The position numbers and the translations under genes are program-made. DNA of 64,000 nt from Octopus sinensis (lineage: Eukaryota), in contig NC_043008.1 in the NCBI RefSeq assembly GCF_006345805.1, forward strand, positions 69,068,001 to 69,132,000, written 5' to 3'. Positions 24,053 to 38,586 of the stretch are shown piece after piece. The stretch's first letter is position 1; the number at the start of each line of letters is the position of its first letter. The notes beneath the pieces were generated by a model. That model was given only the letters and a program-made list of their open reading frames with translations, was not told the DNA's origin and made no database searches.

Positions 24053-24070
24053 AAATATTGATAATTATCT

Positions 24071-24273
24071 GTCTACTATAGGCATAAGGGTTCAGCTTTA
24101 AGGAGAGGGGCTAAATGATTATACCGACCTCAGTATATGATTATTGCCTATTTTATCGGTCACTAAAAGATGAAAGGCAAAGCCGACCACGGTTGCATTT
24201 GAACTCAGAACGTAGATCCGGACGAAATACCGCTAAGCATTTTGTCTAGCGTGCTAACAATTCTGACAGCTTA
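24071..24273 (-). mobile_element. SINE family A
   Basis: gatgaaaggcaaagccgacc...tttgaactcagaacgta...gaaataccgctaagcatttt...gtgctaacaattctg. Confidence 0.8.
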
Positions 24274-24318
24274 GGCAACAGAATTCCCTGTTTTAGTTTT
24301 GTGCTGTATTTATTAAAT

Positions 24319-24585
24319 CTTTCTTAATCCTTTTTGCCCCTTGTGGAGCATAGGGCCAGTTTCCCGGTTTCCTTGGCGTATAGGTTCCCCACCTGGACGG
24401 GACGCTGGTCCATCGCAGGTGAGCTGCAAGAGGACAGAATGAGGGAAAGCTGTAGCGAAAGAATCAGCAGAAGTTCGCCATTACCTTCTGACGGAGCCGC
24501 GTGGAGCTTAGGCGTTTCGCTCATAAACACACACATCGCCCGGTCGGAGATTCCGCTGCTCTAACCACTAGGCCATGTGCCTCCG
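24319..24585 (-). mobile_element. SINE family C (tRNA head plus V-domain-like core) with candidate 8-bp TSD
   Basis: Minus strand starts ggaggcacatggcctagtggttagagcagcg (A-box-like); contains gatggaccagcgtcccgtccagg; TATTAAAT at 24311-24318 and 24586-24593. Confidence 0.75.
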
Positions 24586-24629
24586 TATTAAATGCACGCC
24601 TCGAAATATATATAGTACGTAGTTTAGTT

Positions 24630-24725
24630 ATTTTCAGTCTGTGTACGGTAGAAATGGGCTTAACACCAATCAAAGCTGTACTCCAGTATGGCCATAGTCC
24701 AATGACTGAAACAAGTAAAAATATA
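24630..24725 (+). mobile_element. SINE family B / CR1-type tail 3' fragment
   Basis: ctccagtatggccatagtccaatgactgaaacaagtaaaa. Confidence 0.6.
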
Positions 24726-26213
24726 CAAGAAAAAACACTGGAAGCCAGTGTTGATATTTTTCTTTATACATTTCTCTCTGGACTTTGTAAATTATTGATC
24801 CACGAAGGGAATTATTGATCTACGAAGGGTTCCACGAATTTTTATTGCCAAAGTCTGTGCAAGACGTACATGCGTATGTATGTATGTATGTATGTATGTA
24901 TGTATGTATGTATGTATGTATGTATGTATGCATGCATGTAAGCATGTATGTAAGTGTGTGTGTATGTGCGTGTGTCGCAGTTTCTCTTTCCTCTTCAAAA
25001 CTGTTTTATATTTATTCCTATCTTTAAGTTAAAGAATATAGTTTTGTTTTGTTTCATCTTGTATTGGTTGCACTTTTTTCTTAGAGAGATATTTTTGCTG
25101 TGAATACATGCTTTATAATATACATTTTTATAATAGATATTTCATAATAATTTTTCTCTTTGCAGAAGGTTACTTTTGCTTTCTATTCGCAATAAATATA
25201 ATATTTCTGCCTCAGTTATTATTTTAGTATTAAAATTCGGTCACTGTCCTCTTTATTTCTCTGTCTCGTCATACTAATTCATTTAGCTGAGAAGATTATA
25301 ACTACAAATAATTACGTATCTAGCTCATCTAAAGTTTTGATTCATATCACCTTAGTTTTTGCCTTCATCTCTCTCTAAAATGTTAATCTACTGCGTCTAC
25401 AATATTCCTTCTTAACATTTTCTTTCATTTGTGTGTGTATTGTACTCTGTTGTGTTCAATAAGTCTCAACTATTTATAAGTCTATGTTTGTTCAACTCTC
25501 TTATTTCTACTTCTGCATCTACTATGGTATTGGTACTTTTTATTAATATTTCTATGATCAAAGTTTGCCTTGAGACATATTTTCTAGCCAAATTCTCGTT
25601 TCTGCTTTTTGTTGTGTAGAAATATGCTGTGCACATCGTTCTCTTTCAATGTCAGGGAATTGTGTTTCTACGTTTTATACGAGATGTGTGTCAGTTCTGT
25701 TAGTGCTGGATGGTGATTGCATAGAATATGTGTTGTGTAAGATGTATAGGCTGTGTAGATTGCGTTATATTACTTTTATTTACCGTTTAGTCATAAGGGC
25801 GGGTACTGGCCATAACTCCTTACAGGGGCATCCGACACTAGTAGGAAGTAGAGGCTGAGGGAAGATATTCTTAAACTGAACACGTGATAAGATTATTTGC
25901 AACAGGGTGGATTTTACGAAAAGCATATAATGTATCTAGGTAGGCGTGTTAAAGTAGGTGAGAGGTTAAGTCTACTATCCAAATAGGCCATGATGGGAAA
26001 AGGTTACAAAAAGCCAAGAGAACAATTACAGCAATGTACCTGGTCCGACGTTCGTACAGTTTCAACAAGTCATCACTTTTCGTTGTTAATAATGTAGCAA
26101 TCTCAACCAATGACGAAGCTGAAATCGGTGGCATTTGACGTTTGAACACAGAAGGCTGAGGGACACATAAAAAAAAACGAAGCATTCTGTCCAACGTTCT
26201 AATAACTGCAGTT

Positions 26214-26510
26214 ATGTATGTATGTATGTATGTATGTATTTATGCATGTATGTATGCATGCATGTATTTATGCATGTTTGTATGTATGTATGCATGTGTA
26301 TGTAAGTATGTATGCATGTGCGTATGTACTATATATGTTTGTATAGACGTACGCATGTATGTATTCATGTATGTTTGTATGTATGTATGTATGTATGCAT
26401 GTGTGTATGTATGCATGTGTGTATGTACATATGCATGTGAGTATGTAAGTATGTATGCATGTGCCTATGTACTATATATGTTTGTATGGACGTACGCATG
26501 TATGCATGTA
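26214..26510. repeat. Degenerate (TATG)n array with an internal ~45-bp higher-order duplication
   Basis: Seen directly; tatgtactatatatgtttgtat-gacgtacgcatgtatg occurs twice. Confidence 0.9.
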
Positions 26511-29500
26511 TATATAAATTTTAAGTATACATACTTAAAATATATTATTGAAAGACAGTGAGTTATGAAAGATTACTAGCAATGTTGAGTCAGGGTACAA
26601 CACCGTTCCTTTTATTTAAACTTTACTTAAACTGTGTATGAGTGCAATTAAATATTTGATTTTTTGAGACATTTGGAGCATGAAAAACACGCGGAATTCT
26701 CTTTTATGCCTTAATTTTAATTTTACCAATGATCTATCGTTTGCATGTAATATATACTCTGAACCTAACAATTTTGTATCATCCTAAATTGTGAAAGTGC
26801 AAGGCGCAAGAATCGTGTACTTTTGTCCATTAATTATCTGTCTGATTTTCGAAGAACGGTGAGTCCTGGTTCCTTTTGGTTCCTTTCACCTTCTTTGTTA
26901 TGTTTCTAAGGACATCTAGCATTGTTTCCCCTCGTTTGTTTTCGCTGGTTCGTGTCGGATCTTCTTTTAAATATTAAAAAAATTCCTTTCGTGTTTTCAT
27001 GGTTTGAAGGGTTTTCATCTGCAACTATTATTTCTTCTACATCGTACACTGATGCAATAATGACGAGATGCTTCTGACACGAATCCATTAAGGATGGAAA
27101 CTTGTGTTCATTCTTCTTATACTAGGCATACAGGAATTTCACTTGGCACTCCCAAAAGTTTTGCTGATGGCAGTTTGAAAACTGGAATTTTGTTGTTCCT
27201 TTTGTTGTTTCAGTTGATCTTCATTTTCTTTTTGTTTTTTCTTTATATTTGTTTAGTTTCTTTTTCACTTCTTCCTGGTGATGTGACAGATGTAACAAAA
27301 GCTTCGCATCATTGATCTCGTGCCCTTTGTATCTTTAATCGCATGCTCTTTGTCTCAGACCCTTCTACTAGGGACATTCCAGTATGGCTCTTAGCCTTGG
27401 GATGTCATTAGAACTTGCAAAATTCATTTTGACTTTGTTTAAATATTTTTTTTTATATTATGTAAAAGAAATATCTAAACAAAATGCAGATCAGGAAGGA
27501 AAGGAATCGCATTTTCATCAACATACAGAATGAACAGAATACTGTCTTAACTATAAGAGAGGCTATTTCAATGATCCAGGAGACAGAGCCCCTCTCAAGA
27601 ACTCCTCATACATCAGATTAGAGATACCAGCTCTGAACAAGTTGGTAGCACAGCGGAGCGTGGTCAGGAATGTGGAGCGCACCGATCAGACAAGTGGAAG
27701 TTTCAAGTTTTATATAAATGTATCGTCTTATTAATATATATAAATGTATCGTCTTTCTGTACGTTATCATATATTTTTCTAATTTGTTTCAGTAAATTTA
27801 TTTTATACATTTTTAATTCGTCCAATCATATCTATGTAACTTATCTATCTTATGTCGCAAGATTTTGAAAGATCCTTGGTTGAAGTTATCATGTTTTTTA
27901 CACCCCTTCGAGGCAGATGAAGAAGAGTTTATTATTATAATTGTTGTTGCTTATTACAATGAGGGGAGCGTCACATAGAAAAGGAATTGGATCGCAAATG
28001 ACGGCAACACTGCGTACACTAAAAAAAGGAGAATGACATTTCAATATCTTTCGAGGAGAAACCAGTCTCCATACCGACCGAAGCAAGTCCTCTGTTTAAC
28101 GTTAACACATGTTTTATCATATATCTCCGAGCTGTTGTAGTTAATAAGGAGATAAGGTTATTTACATGTTGTAGTTGTTATTGTTAATGATGATAATAGG
28201 GTCACGTACAAAAAGAATAGGGTGACAAATGCCAGTAACATTGAGAAAACTAAAAATGGAGAAAAAGATACTCGAAAATCAAAATATGAAGAGGAACCAA
28301 TCGAATTCTGGAAATTACGATGTTTAAAATTCTATAGAATGGCAAGTGTTAAGTGCATTATGAGTTTGGAGTTGCTTCGAGGATGTGAAGTTTATTTGGT
28401 TACCTAAATGCATTTTCGACGCATAATGGGATGGCATTTTTGAAGGGTTGTAGTAAATTGGTATTAAGGAGATACATTCTTCCAAACTTAGTATATAATT
28501 TGGTTCTTGAGTCTTCTGTTACTGGGGCCTTATGCTTTTATGCGACGCAAAAAATGGTATCTGCACTCTAAGATGACCTCATTGACACAGTGTTTCAACA
28601 GTAAACAAGGTTAGTGTATAGTGATTAAATAGGTACGGTTAATAAGTAGTCGTCAGTGATCAACAACTCATTTAATGACCAGAAAAAACAAATCGCATTT
28701 TCTAGGTTTTTGAAATCAAGGATTTTGTTCAGTTTAGAACAGTAGATGAGTAGGAATTGAGTCTAGATGCCGTTCAGGGCAACCAATTTCACTTAGAAAT
28801 GAGCTGAGAGGAAGCTAGCGAATAAAGTTCACGTATGCAGACATCTTTCATATTCCGAGCAAAAACAACGTTAGTACATATTATTTCTGCAGTAAGAGCC
28901 TAAGAACCAAATAGAACAGAATCTTAAGAAAAGGGAACTGTTTAGTAGTTTTCCTACATTATATCTCTATTACACAGGGCTAACGAACTGTTAATATACC
29001 TTTGTATCATTGACCACACTCGACAGAATGAGCAACGCAGCTTTCGTGTCAAATATCGAAGAAATGAGTCAAGGCCCAATCTGGTTGGTAGCACGGCTAA
29101 TCTCGTAATTCAAAGTTACCTAGAGTCTCTCTTTCCGAAACAACATCCTCCGTCTTTTGATTAAACAAAACAACCGAATGAAACAATCGTAAACGCATGT
29201 GTGTGTGCTGGAATCAAATTCTCTGATGTCTTTCACTGCTATAACTAGTAAACTTGAGTCATTTATCTCGTAACCCTATTTCTAGAAAACCTCCAACTAC
29301 TCCCTAAATCAGTTTCATATTATTTATATAATCTGCTCTCAAACATCCCAGACAATCGTGGGATAGTGAGAGTGAGGGAATATCTCTGTTATAGCATCTA
29401 AATTCTCTGTAAAAAGTTTGGGTTCTATTATCAAAGAAAACTTTTTCACATCTACCATTTTATATATAACATCTTTATAAATATCCAATTAAGACTTAAT

Positions 29501-30353
29501 TTTCTCTTGTTTTGCATAGAAGCCCAAAGATTTTCTTCTCAGGCAACAGATTTCTTTGTGTCTTCTCTGATTTTTGTAGCTCATCCACCAGCACCACCCT
29601 GTACGTTCAACCAAATGTAAAGATGTGTGCGAGCGATTGAAAAACTACTGTTTCTCTGTGGAGAGCGTTAAGATATTTTCGTTTATTGACTGAGCTGTTC
29701 TATTTCTCTTCGATGCAGCGATTTGGGATTGAACTATGTCACCTCTATCTTGTTATATGACGTACAGCAGTCAGAATGCAGAGCAATGGTCCTTGGTTAT
29801 TTATACTCTGAAATAAATACATCAAAGTAAGTTTAAGTGAAAGAAAACATAGAAGAAAAGGTCCTTCATGTCTTCTTTCAATTTTGAAAAAGGTTTTCCT
29901 ATTTCTCAGCCTCGCCACTCACATCAGGAGGCAGCAGCAATATCTAACGTTTTACCTCTTATTTAATATATATTTTGTAATTTTCCTCGGGACGTTTCAT
30001 GGTCTCGCTTTTATCGTTTAGCTGGAGAATATTTTAGTTATATCTTGGGTTTCTATCCTTCACCTAAAATTCTTAGTCTGTTTAAAGAGAGGTTATCGAG
30101 AACATTCTTTGAAGTTACATCATTCAGAAATGTAAGCACAATCCGAACCAGTACCCCTTTTTGTCCACCCCATCTGTATAATCGTTATATGACTAAATGA
30201 TATTTATCGTTATGGCCTTGCTATTAGCAGCAATCATTACTACCAGCTCTATTCCATTTTTGTTAAAGATCTCATCTAGAAACCAAATCAAACTAAAAAC
30301 CTATAAATCTATTACCGTCAAAGTAATATTTTAGTCAATATTATAAATCAGTG

Positions 30354-30769
30354 AAAAGACGGCTAGCTGGCTGAATCGTTAACACGCCAAGCGAAATGCT
30401 ACAAGAGAGTGGCGGAGTAGGAGACCAGAAAAATCCTCTGGAATTTCCCAATGCAAACAGATCAGGTGGTAGGGCATAACGGACCGGACGTAATGGTAGT
30501 GGACAAGGTGCGTCATATATACCATATAGTTGATGTTGCATGCCCCATTGACCCACAAAAGTCAAGAAGGAAGGCAGACAGATAGATAAATACAACCCTC
30601 TTAAGTACGAAATAGCCCGGTTATGGAAAATGAGTCAAGTTCCGCCAGGGTCGACTTAGCCTTTCATCATTTCGGGATCGATAAAATAAGTACCAGTTGA
30701 ACACTGGTCTCGATGTAGTCAACTTAGTTCCTCCGACAAACCTGCTGGTCTTGTGTCAAAATTTGAAAC
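30354..30769 (+). mobile_element. Chimeric SINE-A carrying ~230 bp of an R4/Dong LINE, flanked by an 18-bp TSD
   Basis: SINE head 30354-30400, Dong RLE segment 30404-30633 (homologous to 36768-36996), SINE body 30631-30769; CAATATTATAAATCAGTG at 30336-30353 and 30770-30787. Confidence 0.85.
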
Positions 30770-32849
30770 CAATATTATAAATCAGTGCTTTCCATCATCT
30801 TCTTGGATTTCATGGAATCACAGACTAATCTGTTGGACTGCTGTCGGGCCGTCGACTGAAAGTCGAAGATTCTTATCTTTAGACTATCAGTTACTATGAT
30901 ATTTGTTATTGTATAACCCCAAGATAGCCATGCTGGGACGGCAAATGATAAGTAAAACTCATTGTTATTAGCAACGATGGTAGTTTATAATCAACGATTG
31001 TTTTTCTTATCCTCTAGTGTCATATACCCTTTGTTTAAGCTGTATATGTAGAGCCACATTAAGCGGTGTCTGACGGACGAGCCAAAATGCCTTAAAGTAT
31101 TTAGCTCAGCTCACTTCCGCCTCTGTTATCTATATTTGACTTTCCATATTCACATCCACAGTAATAATGCATTAGATGTTCTCAAAATGTCTTTCTTTAT
31201 CAAAACGGTAAGATATAATTCGAAGGAGATTTGGCTGCTATTTGTCCTGGATCAAGTAACAGTGTAGCGGCCACTTTATGTTGGGCTGAATATGATAAGT
31301 ATAGCTCATTGTTGTGAGCAGCGTTGGTAGTTTATAATTAACGAGTGTTTTTCTTATCCCCTAGTGACATATACAAGCCTGATTAGACTGAATTGTTACA
31401 GCCGTTCTTAAAGCGCGTCTTTGTTTCCGTCAACTACAACACCAAACATGATAAGTATACACAGTATAAAGAACAATTACGTGATCTGCTTGCATAACTA
31501 ATGTATACTTCCTACACACGGTGATGATTGTATAAAGACATGCAGTAGGACTTCTCGTCACGTTATAACTACATTTGTACCACTATCTCTTTCCACGTTA
31601 CTTTTATCTTCTGCTCGCGTCTCCGACTTTTCATAGAAGCCATGTTGATTTGTTATTGATTACAATTCAATTCCGATTTTGGTATTAAAAATCTCCTTCT
31701 AACACGTACTGTCAACCTCAGCTACATGTTTTGGTGACGGACGCAAATTGTCAAGAACAACACCAACAAAAATTATAGTTTTCTGCCCTTAAGGTCACGA
31801 AGCAAAGAAATGTAAGAATTCAACAACGAAGAAACCATGATTAGTCTTCAAAACAAGAATAGTTTTCACAGATCAAAGCAAACGGAAAAAGTCATCTTCA
31901 AAAAGCAATGACGTCTAAGAATATTTTCTCTGAAGCAATTTGTTTTGAATCGTCAATTTGAAAGAAGATAGAATGGTACGTTTTGGAACAAATTTAGTGC
32001 AGCAGAATTCTTCAATTCTGTAGTGGAATGAAAGACACAAACGACAGAAGAATTTCTATAAATGTTTATCGAAACACGGAAGAAACTAACCGAAAGAGAT
32101 AATTTCTAACTTGATACTAAAAGGAAAAAGAAAAAAAAACGTATAAAAATAGCAAATAAATATTACTATGTTTTCTGTAAAACAGATGCATGCTGGGAAA
32201 TACACAGAACATTTTAGTGAAGCAAGAAATATGTCTTTTTACTTGAACTAAAATAACTTCATTATAATTATAAAAATAAAGAATTGTGTGAATGAAGTCT
32301 TCGTAATTCAATTCCAATTGGAAACCAAGACATTTCGGTATCAACAATAAAAACAAAATGACAAAGGAAAAATAAAAAAACAAACAAAAAACATATAAAT
32401 GTATTTTAATGTTATAAGTCAAGAATCGACTCGTGTCGCCATATTTTAACGTCATATTATTGTGGAGACGGGGGAGATTGTAAAGGGAATTGTGTAATTG
32501 CATTATGATGATTACTTCAATTGCGACAAAGACTTATAATTACATACACATGGATGGTATGTACACACACACACACACAAGCGCGCACATATACATATAT
32601 ATTTATATATGTATCGATAATTACACAATAAATGTGTATAGCGTATATAATATATATATTATATATATATATATATAAATGTATATATATATATGTGCGC
32701 GTGAGTGTGTGTGAGTGTGTGTTTGTGTGTGTGTAGGTGTGTGTACATGCATATAAACACATACATATATAGGTACGGAAAGACACACACGTCTATTTTA
32801 GATCAGCAACTAGAGAATTTCACACACGCTTGAACTCACACCATAATAC

Positions 32850-32909
32850 ACACAGTTAAATACGCAAATACAAATTTATAATATCAGACGTGAACGAATT
32901 ATATGTATA

Positions 32910-32987
<78 letters not shown>

Positions 32988-33010
32988 AATATGTATATAT
33001 ATGTATGTAA

Positions 33011-33048
<38 letters not shown>

Positions 33049-33235
33049 ATATATATATATATACATTCATACATCCATATATAAATACACACACACACAA
33101 ATACAAACACACACACATATATTTATATATGTATGTTTATATATATATATATATGTATGTATATATATATATATATATGTATGTATATATATATATATAT
33201 ATATACATACACACACACATACACACACACACACG

Positions 33236-33293
<58 letters not shown>

Positions 33294-33320
33294 CACACAC
33301 ATATTTATGCCTGTATGTAT
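32850..33320. repeat. Compound (TA)n/(CA)n array
   Basis: Seen directly. Confidence 0.95.
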
Positions 33321-36300
33321 GTATTTATGATCGTTCGAGAGATGGACTTGCTGTGTTTGTTGTAGGTAGCCACGCGTGTTCAAATCCCGCCGAAGTCAGC
33401 TTTACTTTCAGTTCTGTTAGAAGTGATATAATAAGGTACCGACGATGCCATTCAAATTACAAGGTTCGATTTAATTGATTACTGACTTCTCCCAACCGGG
33501 AATGGAGTGTAAAGGAGCTACAACACCCACGTCAAGGAAACGAGGTTGAATAGCAGTTTTGGTTCGACTGGAGCTCGACGGCTACACCATGGCAATCTGT
33601 TCTCTTTGCCATTTTCTTTCATCTTATCTACGAAGATTATTGCGATTTGTCATGTTACGTAGCTCCGTGTACCAGATCGATAGATCGATTAGTGCTAACT
33701 GGTGAAAGAATTTGGTACATTGTGATTTCTGTTTCCCGCTACTTCGACACCAGGAGAGTGAATTCTTGGAATGGAGATTGGAAGGGCAACCTTTTTCCTG
33801 TATATCACACATTAATTTCACCAAGTGTGATAGGGTAGGAGGAAAAGGAAGCCACTACATGGTCGCTTAATATGTTTAGAATAAAAGCCAAAGCTTTCCA
33901 AAATGACCCTCCTGCCCGCCTTGAGAATGGAAAGCCACATTAGACAATGTAATTCTTGACACACACACACACACACGGATCGACACACACGCACACACAC
34001 GCACAGACACACACTCACACACTCACACATGAATACATGCATCAGAGGCAGAATGAATACATCTGCAATGCCATTGATTAATCAGGGCTAATTCGGTGTT
34101 AAAGAACAAGGACAATGACGATAACACTTAAACCGGCGAAACAGAGACGGCGTCCAGGTATAGACCATTATTGATGACGTTGTTGCTTACACTTAGTAAA
34201 TCTTTTTGATGAACATCCGTTTGATATCATTCACGTTTAGCCTCATGAATAAGGAGATACTTGACAATTCCTACTGCATTTTCATTTCATTGTCATTCTA
34301 TGAAACCAGGTATTTCCGGTGTTGCTTCTTGCTTATTTCACTCTCTCTCTCTCCATTATTGAAAGGATCTGTCACAATGTCTATGTATGTGACCAAATAA
34401 ATTTTATTTTCAATCACCTTTTCTAAGCAATTGAAAACTCACAATTTCTGTAAGTGACTGCTTTACTGAAGTAAGGAAGAGTCTCGCCTTGATATCTACT
34501 TAAATCTTTTCCCATGTAGTTTAAATCACTCATCCTTTGGTATTTTACTCTTGAAAGAATTTTAAACACAATAACTTCCAGAATTAGATTGGTTTCTCTT
34601 CATACATTATACTTACACCCTCCCACCGATGTATATTTTAATTTTAGTATCTTTTCCTTTCTTAATCTTCTCAATCTTCCTGCTATTTGTCACACTATTC
34701 CATTTCTGTATGAACCTTATTGTCGTTATTAACAATAACAACCACAAGATCCATAATAATAACATTTTCTATATTTGTCACAACGGCTGGAAGAAATATA
34801 GAAAAACATAGGACTTATTTCGTTGAATGAGAAAATTGATTCTTTCTCAAAGCATAATGGTTCTCTTTCTATCTCAGATGAGTATCTACCTCCCTCATAT
34901 TTATTAATTTTAAAAAAAAATTTCGATTGGGTCTTTCTTGCTTTCTTAAGAAATTCTACTTTTCCTCATGGTCTCCCATCTGGTCTCCATCCTCATAAAA
35001 GGATGGCACATTACTGATACGGAGGGATACTTCCAAACTGTTTAGTACTAGCTGTTGTAGCTGTCATGAACGAGTCTCCCTTTCTTCGCTGGATATTGTT
35101 GGAGGTGGAAGTTATTAGGTCACATGGGACAGGAATAATTCATTTGCCACTTTACAAGTTGTGTCTGGTGTTACCTTAGGACCAACAACAATAATGATTC
35201 TTTCTTGTTCCTTTTGCCATTCTTGGTATTCTGTGCAGAAATACCAACAAATCTAAGTTTCGTTTTGCTCCTTCACACCAAGTAAGAAGACTTTTTAGAT
35301 GATGAGTTTTAAGGTCTACAACCGAGATGACAGAATTTGAATATCGTTTAATGGTATTACGGGTTCACGAGTAATTGTATATCTTTGGAGGACCTATCCG
35401 TCCACATAATGCTATATGTTATATTAGCATTGATCGTTTACCAATACTGTGCCACAAAGTTGACTAAGAATCACCGATGTCTCTGATAGCGACTCTTGTG
35501 CTCTTGTTTATAATGTATTGCGAATCTAGCTTATAGGTCGATGCACTTTAGCCCATTCTCTGTTTTAAAGATAACACATATTTTGCCGCATGGCGTATAA
35601 CTGTTCTGTTTCAATGAACGATATTTGTTTTAATATATCTGATAGAGGTGTATGTTACTCATGCTTGGTTAAGACAACAAAGCTCGTGTGATTTTCGTGG
35701 CATAAGGGTAGGTTGCTTTTCTCTTTTGTGATAGATTTGGATAGGCCGGCGCATGTCCGGTGCAAAAAGGACGGTCGTCTTTCCGCTTTCAGTAAAATAT
35801 TCCATATCAAGAGTATTTTTGCTTGAAAGATAGTTTGCAAGGAATAGCTTTTCTTTAGTGATGTTTATGCCACAACGTTAGACGTGCGCGTGTTTTGCTT
35901 CTGTTATGACTGCAATAGCAGCTACTGCTGCTGCTGCTGTTGTGTTATCAGTCGTGTTCTGTGTCATGCTGGGTTTTCCTGTTAAGCAATATTTTTCATA
36001 TTCTGTAATTGTTTGTGTGTCCATTGATATATTTTGCTTTACAGTTTCTTCTGTTTTGTTGGGTGGTTGCCTTGCCCCGTTAAATGAAATATTTATGAGG
36101 ATCGTATCCGGGAGAAAAGTTATTTTTTTAGCATTAGATGGTGGAACAAAAATTAATTTCTCTTACAAACCTCATCTAGTAATCTAACTGCAACGATGAG
36201 TAGATTTTCCGAAATATTTGATAACTACCACTGTTTGAATAAGATGAAAAGTGAAAATTATTACTTTCATTATCACATATAGAACATCGAGCAAACTACA

Positions 36301-36390
36301 GCAAACTCAGGGAGCAATTACTTTTGATATTTGAAACGAAATGTCTGTCAATAATAATAATGATTGTGATGATGATGATGATGATGGTGG

Positions 36391-36553
36391 TGGTTTCAAA
36401 TTTTTGCACGAGGCCGGCAAGTTCGGCGGAGGGGATAAGTCAATAACATCGACTCAGAAAGATGAAAAGCAAAGTCAACCTCAGCAGAATTTAAACTCAG
36501 AACGTAAAGACGCATTTTTCCCGGAGTGCTAACGATTCTGCCAGCTCACCGAC
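36391..36553 (-). mobile_element. SINE family A
   Basis: ggtttcaaatttttgcacgaggcc...gcaaagtcaacctcagcagaatttaaactcagaacg...ctaacgattctgccagctcacc. Confidence 0.8.
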
Positions 36554-36630
<77 letters not shown>

Positions 36631-37255
36631 TCACGAACGAATGCCCTACACTTTCCCAAACCACTACATGTTGTAGCGACACGACTAGGTAGTGAAAGTG
36701 CTACATTGGAAACTGTGCGAAACGTGGGGGCTAGGGAGTGGCAAGACGTGGTATGAGTAAAAACCGCAGAGAGTGGCGGAGTCGGAGACTAGAAAAATCC
36801 TCTGGGATTTTCCAATCCAAACAGATCAGGTGCTAGGGCATAACGGACCAGACTTAGTGGTAGTGGACAAGGTGCGTCATATATGCTATTTAATGATGTT
36901 GCATGCCCCTTTGACCCACAATAGTTAAGAACGAAGGTGGACAGATAGATAAATACAACCCTCTTAAGTACGAACTAGCCCGCTTATGGTAAATGAAGAA
37001 GGTGAAAATAGTGCCCATTATTGTTGGTTCCTTAGGGACAGTATGAGAAAGCGTCAAGAGGAATATAAAGGAAATTGGAATAGAGTACCCAGTAAAACTG
37101 TTACAAAAGATTTGCCTCCCTGGCACTGCCAGAATAATCAGGAAAGCATTAGAGAACTGAAAAGAACGGGTAGCATGATACTGTAGGCTGCTGGTAGCAA
37201 GCTCACTACGCATACTAGACTCCAAGAGTTCCAACAGAATCTGTGATAAAGAATA
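36631..37255 (+). mobile_element. 5'-truncated R4/Dong-type LINE in a (TAA)n array
   Basis: KILWDFPIQTDQVLGHNGPDLVVVDK...DVACP...DKYNPLKYELARLW.MKKVKIVPIIVGSLGTV (RLE PD-(D/E)xK domain); (AAT)n at 36556-36630 and 37256-37400. Confidence 0.88.
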
Positions 37256-37636
37256 TTAATAATAATGATGATAATAATAATAATAATAATATTAATAATA
37301 ATAATAATAATATTGACAATTATGACGACGATTATGATGATGATGATAGCAAAAACAACACAACAACAACAATAATAATGATGATAACGACTCCAATAAT
37401 AATAGTAACTACAATCTCCGTGAACTACTAAAGATAACCTTGATAGGTACATCCCAGATTCGACGGAAAGCACTTTCCATCTGAAATGGAATAAATGTGG
37501 TGATAGTTTTAGTATGCATAGGAAAACAAAAGTGCTCTTGCTATTTTGGGTTTCGGGAAGATACCTGGTACTAAAGCAGCTGAAATAAAGTTATAATGAA
37601 AGGAAACCATAAATGATAATGATGATGATGATGATC

Positions 37637-37700
<64 letters not shown>

Positions 37701-37704
37701 TAAT

Positions 37705-37906
37705 AACTCCAAATTTTTTGTCACAAGGGCAGCTTGGGGATGAGTTGATTACATCGGCCCCAGTGTTCAAATGTTACTTATTTAATCGTCCCCGAAATGA
37801 TGAAAGCAAAGTCGACCTCGGCGAAATTTGAGCTCAGAACGTAGCGACGGGCGAAATACGCTAAGCATATCATCCAGCATGCTAACGATTCTGTCAGATC
37901 ACCGCA
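37705..37906 (-). mobile_element. SINE family A between (AAT)n arrays
   Basis: gcaaagtcgacctcggcgaaatttgagctcagaacgta...cgctaagcat...gctaacgattctg. Confidence 0.82.
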
Positions 37907-37974
37907 TTAATAATAATAATAATAATAATAATATAATAATAATATAATAATAATAATAATAATAATAATATAAC

Positions 37975-38037
<63 letters not shown>

Positions 38038-38502
38038 TTAAGATATTAGGAGTGGAGTAGAGAGGGAGAAGAAAGAGAAAAATGTTCTTAGCTTTGTGTC
38101 TCGATCATTGTGTGGCAGAATAAAAAATAAAAATGGCCAGCGAACAGGTCGATTTGCAAAAGGGACATGAAGGCCTGCAACATCAATATTAGCGGTTGGG
38201 AGGCAGTTGCCGGTAACCGTGGAGAATGGCGACGTACCGTAAAAGAGGGAATACAAAGGAGTGACAGAGAGAGAGAGGAGAAATGGAAAGAAAGGAAGAG
38301 ACGTAAACAAGAGACTATGGCACTACAACCAGCCAGGAACAGTCTTCGCTAAATTTGCGGTACCTGCCAGAGGGAGTGTTTGTCCAGGATAGGACTACAC
38401 AGCCACAGCAGGAAATGTATCAGGACATGAAATATAAAAGCCGAACTAGACTACTTCATGCGCAACTCCATTGTCTCCCGAGACAGAAAGGATGCCAATA
38501 CC
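38038..38502 (+). mobile_element. RTE-clade LINE 3' fragment plus ~80 bp flank, copy 1 of a tandem duplication
   Basis: KRDMKACNINISGWEAVAGNRGEWRRTVKEG...CGTCQRECLSRIGLHSHSRKC; ends in an (AAT)n tail. Confidence 0.85.
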
Positions 38503-38552
38503 AATAATAATAATAATAATAATAATATAATAATAATAATAATAATATAATA

Positions 38553-38586
<34 letters not shown>

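Noticed and set aside
35330-35560. MWTDRSS-like motif suggesting a Tc1 transposase
   Set aside because: A single weak motif with no TIRs or other catalytic motifs found.
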